From Macrostomum lignano (taxonomy: Eukaryota), in assembly GCA_002269645.1 (NCBI GenBank), contig NIVC01003374.1, positions 37,282-101,281 on the forward strand: 64,000 nt of DNA. The letters run 5' to 3'. The notes below the pieces were generated by a model that saw only the letters and a program-made list of their open reading frames with translations, made no database searches and had not been told where the DNA came from. The translations under genes were made by a program, and so were the position numbers. How positions within the stretch are numbered: the stretch's first letter is position 1; every line of letters begins with the position of its first letter. Below are positions 52,849 to 64,000 of the stretch, in pieces.

Positions 52849-53479
52849 ATCACATATTCTCTGAATCACTGCTAGGGACTTTCCCGTAATATGGACTGAA
52901 CTAAATGAGATATTGCACTAATATGCAGATCCATGATGCGGTGCCCTTGTGCAGGACTGAGAGGAGATTGGACAAAGATAGATTACATCGAGACAAAATG
53001 TAAATAAAAGACGTTTGACATCGATGAAATTGATTGTGTGGAGTTTTAACTGATTAGAGTTGACCGAATGGCACAGCGAGTGGAGCAAAGTTTAATCTCT
53101 TGTTTTAACCTACTGAGCTGCGTGGGCGGCATATATGCAGATAACAGCAAGCTGAGATATGAAGTTCGACAGTCTCCTATTATTAAACAAAATGACCTGA
53201 TAAGAGTGGCGACTAAGTCTCGCATCACTGTAAATAAGATATTGGGCAACAATCCAGGTCACACTATCGGGGGAGCATTATGTAATCAATAAAGTCTCTC
53301 ATAAACACGAGCCTGAGCAAGAATTCAGGTGAGCTTATCTTATCGGAATCAGTGAAATCGAGTATTTAAATGCTGCAAATTTCGGTCAGTGAAAAGCCAA
53401 TAATTCGGAAATAATCTGCTACTAGAAGGTAACGTTTCTTTACCTGTTATTTCATTGAGCAACTGACGCCAAATTCGAC

Positions 53480-56400
53480 ATGAAACTGCTTCTATTGCTG
53501 CTTCTGCCAGCCTGCGCCATGAGCATGGGCCTGATGTTCGCCATGAACCCGGCCACTGGCGATGAGCCGGGCTGCTGCGCGCCCGACCAATGGGAGGCTC
53601 AACTGAGCTACAATTTCGGCGGAGCTTCCGTGCCCTACTCTACAGTGAGTAGCATGCCACATCTAGCACTCAACTTTATCGCCACATCTAGCACACAGCT
53701 TTATCGCCACATCTAGCACTCAACTTTATCGCCACATCTAGCACACAGCTTTATCGCCACATCTAGCACTCAACTTTATCGCCACATCTAGCACACAGCT
53801 TTATCGCCACATCTAGCACACAACTTTAGCGCCACATCTAGCACACAACTTTATCGCCACATCTAGCACACAACTTTAGCGCCACATCTAGCACACAACT
53901 TTAGCGCCACATCTAACACACAACTTTAGCGCCACATCTAGCACACAACTTTATCGCCACATCTAGCACACAACTTTAGCGCCATATCTAGCACACAACT
54001 TTAGCGCCACATCTAACACACAACTTTATCGCCACATCTAGCACACAACTTTATCGCCACATCTAGCACACAACTTTAGCGCCACATCTAGCACACAACT
54101 TTATCGCCACATCTAGCACACAGCTTTATCGTCACATCTAGCACACAACTTTAGCGCCACATCTATAGAACACAACTTTAGCGCCACATCTAGCACACAA
54201 CTTTATCGCCACATCTAGCACACAGCTTTATCGCCACATCTAGCACACAACTTTAGCGCCACATCTCGCACACAACTTTAACGCCACATCTATAGAACAC
54301 AACTTTAGCGCCACATCTAGCACACAACTTAGCTGCCGCTAGCACTTAAATCCGCGCCAGAATGAGCACTTAATTGTTATTTAAAACGGTCCAACCAGCT
54401 CTCGAATCGCACCTACTCACAGGGCTCTGGATTTGTGGCCTACGACTATGCCAACCAGGTCATGGTCCACAACAATAGGTTCATTTCATCAGACGGAAAG
54501 GTGTTCACTTATCAGTTCCTGATGATTGGAAAAACTCGGAAGTTCTACTCAGTCAATAGTGCCAACGGACAGTGCATGGTGTCGGACATGCCAGATGGAG
54601 TGCCGAAGCTGTGCGTGCCTTGTGAGTAACAGCCTAAATGGGAGCTCCTCTTGTACGCTGGTTGGATTCCATGATCGGTCACTCAAATTTAAGTCTCGTG
54701 TGCAGTACATGTAGTTGACTAGGGATTATATTTATAAATATTTAGAAACAATATGCATGTACATGTATTCCAAACCGCAGCCTCCCTTAAAGCAGCCGGA
54801 AGCGCCATCCTCGGTGACCCTTCCGCCGGGCACGTTCGCTGTCGAGTGTTCCAAGGACCAACACCTGATGGCAATATAACTCTGATCATGTCTCAGGAAC
54901 GCTGCCTGCCAATGGTTCAGATGGTTTTGCAGGAGGGTGAGTTGCTCTGTACTTATCATCGCAGCTGGGAGTTTGAGGACCCGAGGCGTGAGCAACAGGT
55001 CATCTGAAGGAACTGGTATATTGCTGCCAAATTTCTTAGTTTCAAATATTATCGGCTTTCAAATGCATTTTCAAGATATATTAGTACGGAGTACGACGTT
55101 TGCTTGCGGGAAGTTTGCTTGCCGAACTTTGCTTGCAGGAATTTTGCTTGCCGAACTTTGCTTGCCGAGCTTTGCTTGCGGAATTTTGCTTGCGGAATTT
55201 TGCCTGCCGAACTTTGCTTGCGGAATTTTGCTTGCTGAAGTTTGCTTGCCGAACTCTGCTTTCCGAACTTTGCTTGCAGGAAATTTGCTTGCAGGAACTT
55301 TGCCTGCCGAAGTTTGCTTGCCGAGCTTTGCTTGCGAAATTTTGATGTCTGCTTTCTAGTAATTTGCAATCACACAATCGCAAGGTTTTAACTTGCAGAA
55401 TTATTTTCTTGTTTGCTTGCTTGTTTTGATTGCTTGTTAAAGTTGGTCATTCAATTATTACTTACTACAGATGCTTTGCAAGTGGATTCTTATCAGGGTC
55501 GACGTAAACTGACTTGACACTGAGCTTTCAAACTGGGCTTATAGAGTTTCATTCTAAGAATTTAGTATATAGAATGCTTAGAGATTTAGTATAGATTTAG
55601 GATCGGTGACAGTATAAATCATTGTAGTTCCTGATTTCAGCACGATTGAGCAGGTATGATAATTGCAGTGATGCTAATGTATAATAATGCATATACAAAT
55701 AATATTTTAGTATATAAAATGTAATTAATAATCCGCCATATCCTCATACAAAATCATAACACTATAGGCGACTTCCACGAATCTTAGAAAATGAAAATTA
55801 GAAATACAAGAGCTCAAAAATAGGTTTCTTTAAGGTTTCCCGCAAAACTTTGGCTGGCAAACCTCGCAAGAAAATTTCCTGCAAGCAAAGTTCGGCAAGC
55901 AAATTTCCTGCAAGCTAAATTCGGCAAGCAAAGTTCGGCAAGCAAAGTTCGGCAAGCTTATGTGCAGCAAGCAAATTTCCTGCAAGCAAAGTTCGGCAAG
56001 CAAAGCTCGGCAAGCAGATTTCGGCAAGCAAAATTCCGCAAGCAAAGTTCGGCAAGCAGACTTCGGCAAGCAAAATTCCGCAAGCAAAGTTCGGCAAGCA
56101 GACTTCGGCAAGCAAAATTCCGCAAGCAAAATTCGGCAAGCAGACTTCGGCAAGCAAATTTCCGCAAGCAAAAGTCCCGCAAGCAAACTTCGGCAAGCAA
56201 ACTTCTCGCAAGCAAATTTCATAGACCCATTAGTACATCAATGACACTTTTGTTGCAGCTAGAGGTTGTGGCCTAGTGGTTTAGAGCTTTGGGCTCGCGA
56301 GTGAAAGATCGGAGGTTCGATTCTTGATGACCTCGAAACAATTCATGTTCTTAGGCCAGATGCTATTTCTGTATTGCTTCAGTTAAACCAGCACTAGCTG

Positions 56401-56760
56401 CGGCTCAGTTGTCAGTTGCACATCTGCCCATTGGGTCACCACCAGCTATTCCTTCACTATAAATTCCTATTTTGCGCTGGCAATGAGCCAATAAATATGA
56501 GATGGCTCACCTGACCAATCATTAACAAACTCTCCTCCTGCTTTCAACATCCCCAAGACAACACGCTGGCAATCCAGAGCTTCTTCAACCTGACCAACGG
56601 CATCGCCGATCGCAGCGTGTTCGACATCCCGCCCGCTTGCCGGGACCTCCAGCAGGACAGCACGGCTGACCAACAGCTGCTGAGGTCAGCCAGGAGTGCC
56701 TCCTCGATGGGATGGAATGGGATCGAACTCTCGCTGTTTCCTTGGTTGGAAACCCCGTGA
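53480..56760 (+). CDS. EPDR: Ependymin-related protein; exons 53480-53644, 54423-54621, 54781-54936, 56558-56760 (240 aa)
   Basis: Signal peptide MKLLLLLLLPACAMS; CCAPDQWEA; FVAYDYANQ; RCLP...QSFFNLTNGIADRSVFDIPPAC with ependymin C-terminal spacing. Introns are GT-AG, phases 0,1,1. Confidence 0.88.
53655..54330. repeat. 25-bp minisatellite (TTTATCGCCACATCTAGCACACAAC)n, EPDR intron 1
   Basis: Direct reading; starts ~10 nt after the donor. Confidence 0.95.
55088..56228. mobile_element. Foldback-like insertion: two inverted arrays of GCTTGCCGAACTTT / AAAGTTCGGCAAGC units around a ~490-bp spacer, EPDR intron 3
   Basis: Array 55098-55340 is the reverse complement of array 55840-56220; ATTAGTAC occurs as a direct repeat at 55080-55087 and 56229-56236. 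Confidence 0.55.
56267..56430 (+). mobile_element. Diverged copy of SINE family B
   Basis: TGGCCTAGTGGTTTAGAGC...GGTTCGATTCT head; its 3' TAGCTGCGGCTCAGTTGTCAGTTGCACATCTG matches the reverse complement of 50797-50828. Confidence 0.6.
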
Positions 56761-58378
56761 GACTGCAGCATGAATTTAGCATGAACTATTAGCACTGTTT
56801 GATTAACTGTTTACAATATTTGTCCTAATTCATTGCATCCGCAGATGCTTATTTACATGTATATCATTAGAATATAAAAAACTGCTAATAAAACAACTAA
56901 CACTAAGCAAAATTATATCAGTATGAGTTTCTGTTAAATTTCTTTTAAACATCGTATGACCTGCGGCACCTTAATACGGCTGGGCTGCGGTCCAGATTTG
57001 CCTTTCCGTCATCATGCATCTAAACTGTGTTTCATCCTCTAACCGCCGTCGGAGCATAGCCGGTGTCTTCTTAACGGATTTGACCGACTTTCATTCAGTG
57101 TGGCTCTGCTGCTGTCCTTGTTGGACTAGCAATCTTCGCCCCCACGTTCGGAAGAGAAAATTAAAAAAATTGAACAAACCACAGTAGCTTTAACCTGGTA
57201 CAGTCACTTTTGTCTTCACTTCTTCAGAAAAAGTGATGTTTAAAGCAAAAACGCATTTGCCTCAATTACTTAATCGAGAGGTCTTTTTACAGTATTATAA
57301 CATGATTTAGAGTGCAAATAGGGGCGAAAATTTGAGTCTGACTTTAGGACTGGAACTTGATTTCATTTAGAGAGTACCGTATATATGGATCGTGTCTTCT
57401 CAAAAATCTTATACTTACTTTTGATGTGTGTTGTAAAAATAGGAAAAATAATCGGTGTTACTGTATTTTTTATTATGCTTACTGCTGATAAATCTGGGCC
57501 TATCTTGACAATGGTTACCCTGAATGCTATATATCTACGTACGATAATAAACTAAATAATCGTTTAATATTTATCGCGGTTAATTTAACAAACCTATTAC
57601 GCGCAATAGAAACGCTTTTCTTCCTTGGCCAGCAGTAAGCAAAGCAAATAAGTTATGTTTCTATGTAAAATTAAGCTTTTTTGATTGAATAAATTTTTAT
57701 TACACGTAAACTTGTAAATTTGAGTATTTATCTTTCAAAGAAACTTAGAAAAGGGCAAAACAAATGTTTCAAATACTATTTTCTTGTCGAACGGGACGTG
57801 TCGCCGTGTCACGACAACAGAAAAAAACAGACCATCTTTTTATGACAGCTTTCCCAAAAGGCCTTTTGATAATAGTATCAATATTTTAGCATCTATATAA
57901 TATAGTATAATAAATAATATCATCTTAGCCTTAGGCCCCTAGCCTTGCCCTTAGGTCAAATAGGCCTAATAATACACCAAGTCTTTGAAGCTATTTTCTT
58001 TTCTTAGTTTTTCTTGCAGTAGGCTAGGCCCTTAAAATAAATAAGGGACTTAAAATTTTCTACTTTCTTATTTTTTGTAGGGCCTAATGCAAAACCTAAG
58101 TGTTAATTATTAGTATAATGCAACATGCAAAAGAATACATAAGTAAAAGTATATTTCCAACTTATATAGGCTATACAATACAACTACTAAAATAAGGTAC
58201 CTAGTAAAATGCAGAATCTGCAGTGGAATCAGAATGGAACAGCACAATAAAATGCAGAATCTGTAGCAGAATGGTAAAATGTGGAATCAGTTGCAGAATT
58301 CACTAACTTGAAGTAAAATTCAAAAAATAAGAATCAAACAATATAATATATATTATACATATATACAATATAGCTTCG

Positions 58379-60780
58379 GGTGCAGCCGAAATCGTCATAT
58401 TCAAAATTGTCATATGATGATGACGACTTGAACAATTCTGGAAGACTTAAACATTTAAATATGACGACTTTGGCCAAAGGCAAAGGTGTGTTAATTTAGG
58501 ATTTCCCTACTTTCCATACTAAGCATATCAACTAATGCTGATTGCTGACTACTAAGACTATAATTTAATAATAGAACAGTAGAAGGGATGACGAATATCA
58601 ACAAAAACAAGTTTATGCAAAGAGAACAGTAGCAAAGAACGCGAGTTTAAGGTTATATTTCATATTTCATATTTGTAAATATCAATTATTGGCCAATTAA
58701 GTAAAAACAAAAAGATAAAAATAAAATACATTTTTTATAGCTGACATTTTTATAAGGCTAGGTGCCGCGATGATGCAATATAAAATTAGTTCAAAGTTTA
58801 AAGCAAATTTCATATTTCAGTTTTAGAAAATAAAAATGTCACGAATTAAAAATTCAAAGCAAAAGCTAGCTTGCAATCCTTAATGCAATCCTTCAGGCTG
58901 AAGCCGACTGCAGGCACGTAGGAATCTGCGGATGCTCAGCTGCCCAGTTGTGTACAATCTCCACAGCTCCCTGAGTCGCATCTGCAGTTTGGCATATTTT
59001 GCACGATGGTTGTGACTTTTGGAGCCCTGTAGTACCAGTTCTGCCTGCACAGCAGCAACATTGGCCTCCTTGTATAGCAGCTGGAGTAGCATATACAGCG
59101 GGAGCTTTGCACGGCCTGCTCTGTTCTTCAGCCGACGATGCCACCCTTCTACTTCATTATTGGTCTGCACTTTCTGCTGAAAAATGCTAACATTTGTTTT
59201 GGTCCACACAGGATGTGTCAGCTAAGTTGTCTCAACGTATTCCACTAGCCAGAGCAGCCTGGCATCATTCGTGGATCTAATAATGTCACCAAACCCTATC
59301 TCCATGTGCTCAGCTGGCAGAAGCGGAAGCGCCATCAGCTGTCGACGGAAGTCCTTCGTTGGTGCGTGACTCCTGAATGCCTGAGTCAGACCATCGAGTT
59401 GGATGCGGTGCCAGACAGCTTGGCTATAATGAAATAGGCAGCCCTGTTTCCTTGTGGTGGGAATACTTCACTAATTGCCTGCCACATAGCACCTTCGAAG
59501 TCAAGAATTGCCACTTCAGGCACAACATTGCTAAGATGCAGATGGAGACGCCTCAGTACAGCAGCATAGTCTTGCTGAGATTTTCCTGTGATACAAAATG
59601 TGTGTATGCGCTGTCAGTAGGCAGGAAATCTACAATTTTGAATAATAAACTAATAATATTCCCAATTTCGACTTACTTGACATTAGGGCAAACACCAGAG
59701 GTACCTGCTTAATGCAGTCGTCCTTTTTCATGTAACAATGCACCGAGTATAGCTGCGTGAAAGGCTCTTTGACAACGTTAAACGTTCCATCTAGGAACCA
59801 CATAGTGAAAGTTGAGTGATAAGCCAAGCGTCAGGCTGCTCAATTGGTGCTGGATTGGCATTGTCAAGTTGAGCGATGAGCCGAGCATCAGGCTGCTCAA
59901 CTGGTGCTGGATTGGCATTGTCAAGTTGAGCAGCGGACTGTTCAGTAGAGCCTGTCCAAAAATTACATGTACATGTACATAGTACTCATAAAAAGCGATC
60001 AAGCAATGTGAGTTTTTCACACACAGTTTACATGTACTTGTAACTTAATTCCATGCACTTACACTGACTGCAGGACCAATGAAAGACAGTACCCTGGAGT
60101 CTATGGTACTCATTTAGGCTGACTGACGAACATCCTACTCTGTGCTGCCAGTGTTGACAACTATCACACTGAAAGCCATGTTGCTTCGGTTGAACTTCTT
60201 TGTGACAAACTATGCATGGATACATTGCCTTTAGTTACTGTTTATTTATCAGTTCAAGATTCATCAACACCAGTAGAGTTTGCCCCTGTTTATAAAGTTA
60301 AGCTACAGTAAAAGTGTTGCAAGTGCTCAAAATTCAGTTTAACCATATGCATGTACATATATATCTCTACTCTCATTCATGCAATATATACACATGTACA
60401 TCATTGTGAGATCACAGAACTCAATGTACACTGTTACATTGTACAGGGTACACAATGTACATGCATAATTGAGATTATACTGCCCTGGCCTATAAAGGCT
60501 TGTTTAATTAGACTCCTTGGCTTTACGTATTTGACTGCATGATTTAGATGGCTTGTTTGATGGTAAGTGTGAATAAGCCTAAAGTTATAAATCGTTTTAA
60601 TTTGTTTGCAACACGCTGCCGCCATGAGCTAAGATCCTTGCGCAGCCAATGCAACGCAATATGGCAATTTAGTGAATGCAGCATTGTCCAATACTGAGGT
60701 GATGACGATTTAGATAATTTAGTTGTTTTTCTCGTAAGCCACAGATGACAATCTCGAATATGACAACTTCGGCTGGAACC
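58379..60780 (-). mobile_element. Mutator-like (MULE) DNA transposon, internally deleted, 2.4 kb
   Basis: Imperfect ~35-bp TIRs (58379-58413 vs 60745-60780, about 30 matches); exact 9-bp TSD ATAGCTTCG at 58370-58378 and 60781-60789. Confidence 0.9.
58880..60225 (-). pseudogene. PHD-finger MULE transposase pseudogene; segments 60225-60063, 59951-59677, 59585-58880
   Basis: PHD YPCIVC...FQCDSCQHWQHRVGC...WSCSQC; catalytic WFLDGTF, ILDFEGA, GCLFHYSQAVW, TNNEVEGWH. Two GT-AG introns; deletion junction near 59809, frameshift near 59455, in-frame TAG at 59224-59222. Confidence 0.87.
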
Positions 60781-62724
60781 ATAGCTTCGCCTACAGCCAT
60801 GTAACTATATAAAAAAGATATATAAAGAAATTTTAGTATGATTCTATACATACATAGTGCAACCTTCGAAATTCGGTTGGCCATGCAACTTAGTTTTAAC
60901 AAAAATGCAATGTGGTTTTTGGCCAAAAAATGCGACTTACATGTAAAGAAACCTAGAGCAAAATTAACGCAACTTTGGGTAAACGGCAGGAGTAACTATG
61001 ACTGCCTTATTAAGGCAAAATGCCTCATCATCTACTTGTACTACTTTTATTAATTTGGGTGGGCATTTTTGCAACTTACATTGGTTGGCCACCAAATCGG
61101 TCAGCCAGATCGGCCGACTATTGCACATGTATGATTCTATATTGATGCAAAGTGAACTAGAAATAGCTGCATCTATTAGACCTACTCAAAGTAGTAATAT
61201 AAGTTTTCTTGTGAATAATATAGCTGATCAATATTGAAAATTGTCATAATTTTCTCTTTAGTAGTTTGGTAAAAGTTTGAAAGCTTTGTTGTTATAAGAT
61301 TATATATAATAGATCCTAATGCACTTTAGCTACTTTGAATTTGCATTTTAGTTAAAGTTAGTAGATTCCATTGCTTATTCTACATTTTACCATTCTGTTA
61401 TGGATTACACATTTTACCAAGCTATTCCATTCCAATCCTGCCATAAATTCTGCATTTTATTAGGTGCCCTAAAATAGTCTGGCAGTAAATTAGCTATTGT
61501 CAAGTTCCATTTATTAAATTATTTTGACTAGAAAAGTACTGTACAAACTATTTTAAGTACAAATAGCTATTTTTAAGAAACTAAGCTTAATCAGGCACTA
61601 AATTTTATGCTTAAAACTTGTTATAATATATCTGACACCAAAAAGCTGCAATAGTCTATGGCCAAAATGGTTAACAAATATCAGCATTCAAAACACTGAT
61701 ATGCTATCACAAACTTATCATAGATATTTAATATTAGACCCACCATTTGCCTACACTAAAACAGCCACGCAGACCATGCGTGCCCACTCTGTGTTAATTC
61801 ATATAACTAGCTAACTATGCAAAAAAGCAAATAAGATGCGTGGGATAGAAAATGCCACCACCTCAACATCACCTAATTGACCCTTGCTATCTCAGCAACT
61901 CTATTTAATACACCTTGGCATCTCAAAAAATTCTCCTAAACTATATAGGCATAGGAATAGTGGGATGAATATCCCTTCTCCTCACTTTTTTATATTCCTA
62001 TGCCCATGCTATAGACACTTGATCATTCTATATAATAGCTTAACAGTTATGGCTTTTCATTGCTTTTCTGCCTTGAATTAACATTAATTGATAGCTGCTA
62101 AATATCATTCTCTGACACATATTAGAACTATATTGGACCTACTCCTACAACTATGTATATGACCTATATTATAATCTAGATCATAATTTTTTAAATTCAA
62201 TATTGTTTTTCTAAAGATTGCTATACAGAAAAGCTAAGATGTTTTGGTGTCTTATTAGCATGATAAAGGTGATTTGTATAAATTCTTAACAAAAGAAAGG
62301 CAACAAAATTTTTATAAGCATGTTTATATATTGAAATGGTTGCAAAATTAGTCAAGAAAGCAGACTAAGCAATCTAGGATGCCAATGTTCATGGCACTGC
62401 TCTTGCAAGATAGAAAGTTATTTAGTCAAAGTTTGTGCTTTTTACATCTATCTAGATTATTCTTTTTTAGTTTTAGCCAACAGAAAAATATAGAAACATA
62501 ATCTTTGTTGAACAAAAAGTAAAATTACAAAAAACAATAACTTGTATTTTTTCAACTTTTTTGACTCTAACATTATCCAATATTACCTCACATGATATAA
62601 TATTTAATGAACCTATTTTTAATATTTCTGATTCAGCAGTTTTAAAACTCTGGATTGACCAAAATCTATTTAAGTAGTAATTAGTTGTTACCAACTGAAA
62701 TCAATTATAGAAAATAAAATCTCA

Positions 62725-63779
62725 ATGGGCAACAAAGTGGCTCGTTTTATGCGCAACTACGACGCTGAGCGTCGCGCACTGAAGCTCCTGTCACGCAATG
62801 AGAAAGCTCCAGTCAGAGCTCCCAGGTTCGAATCCGAGAGAGAGATGCTCAGGCAGGTAGCGAAAGACCCAAATCTGGATGAAGCTGTCAATAAAAAGGA
62901 TGCGAGTCTGTTGGAAAATCTTAGCAAAGTCAAGGTTGTGAGCTCGGACCCGGTGACGCCACAGAAAACTGAGCAACAAAAACAGCAGAGACCTCTGCCG
63001 CAGAGGCGGTACTACATGCCTATTGGCGAACTGGGAGTGCTGGAAGTTCCACCAGAGACTGTGCCGCCTGGTAGGCTGACTCTGATGCAGTTTCAGGTAA
63101 ATAACCAGTGTAGCTCGTATGTTGTTTTAACCTTTTCGCGCCGGAGCTAGAAATACAGAAGCTTCGTTCCTGCCGACATGGTCAGCAGGGCTGGCCATAG
63201 ACTATAGCTAGAATCTTAATGCGCCGCTTTGCAAAGCCTTTCTAGCCAAGAAGGGAGCATTTTATACTTGGCTTGGACAAATCTAGGGTAGAATAAAGCA
63301 GTTTCAAAGTGCATTTCACTTAATGCTCACTATATAGATTATGCAGTGTGTACACTCGATATCTAGCAATAGACACTACAGTTCAAACACTGTCGAAAAT
63401 AAAGACGCACTCAATCATACATACGCTCACACAGGGTCTGACTTGCTTATTTTTCGAGGCATATACAGTAGCTACACTGTATAGATAGCCCCTAAGCCCA
63501 AAACAATGTGAATGTAGCAGCGTCTGGAATCAAAGCCGGGTTCTTAGGAGTAAAGAAGTTAATCAATTCCTTGTGTATCAAATTGCTTGCTGCTCGAAAC
63601 ATTCGCAGGAGCTGTTGAACACGCGTCAGCCGCAGGGTACCGGACTCCCGTCTGAAAAAGTGCAGGAACTGCTTGACTTCTATGCTCCACTGATGCAGCG
63701 CAGTGCGAACGAGCTGAAACAGCTGACTCATAAAGACAAAGACGGCGCTGCTCAGCGTGAGGAGGCTGAGCTGAAGTGA
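62725..63779 (+). CDS. NDUFAF4: Mitochondrial complex I assembly factor NDUFAF4-like; exons 62725-63096 and 63609-63779 (180 aa)
   Basis: MG start; RFMRNYDAERRA...APRF..., KKDASLLENLSKVKVVSSDP, VPPGRLTL resemble NDUFAF4 (RNFNLENRA, APRH, KDEKLLSFLKDVYVDSKDP, IPKGKIS). Phase-0 GT-AG intron. Confidence 0.82.
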
Positions 63780-64000
63780 TTGGAAATCGATAACATTATA
63801 ATATCAAACTCATTGATCCCTTTCAATGACGGTCTCGTGTTGCATTTTTGAATATGTCCGCCATTTATTAATTTATTAGTAGTGAATTGATTTCTTAGCC
63901 ATGTTTCATAGATCCATTCTGTAGGCTTGCTAGACACATTTTTTAATTAAATTCATGAGTTTAATAACAAAATAAATAGACACATTATTATTGGACACAA

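Noticed and set aside
55471-55653. Candidate micro-exons in EPDR intron 3 (33 nt at 55471-55503; 13 nt at 55641-55653)
   Set aside because: Direct exon 3-4 joining already gives the ependymin C-to-FF spacing. The 13-nt piece frameshifts, and both lie within the foldback spacer.

Overview
Eukaryotic (animal) genomic DNA, not prokaryotic: all genes are spliced (GT-AG) and most long ORFs in the track are minisatellite artefacts. The compact GC-richer exons, Gln-rich tracts and minisatellite-filled introns suggest a lophotrochozoan invertebrate, possibly a Macrostomum-like flatworm (inference only). Seven protein-coding genes were reconstructed by hand with phase-consistent splice junctions, all on the + strand: neuron navigator/unc-53 (5' end outside the window), beta-arrestin, a TARP/stargazin-like CACNG protein ending in -TTPV, a thioredoxin (WCQPC), an anion-selective Cys-loop receptor subunit (GlyR/GluCl/GABA-like) with two tandem 68-nt mutually exclusive exon-3 copies, an ependymin-related protein and NDUFAF4. 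Mobile DNA comprises a decayed PHD-finger MULE transposon (TIRs, 9-bp TSD), a 5'-truncated LINE (14-bp TSD), two tRNA-derived SINE families (one CORE-like) and a foldback-like insertion. More than 25 distinct mini/microsatellites occur, several intronic ones built from YAG|GT splice-like units.
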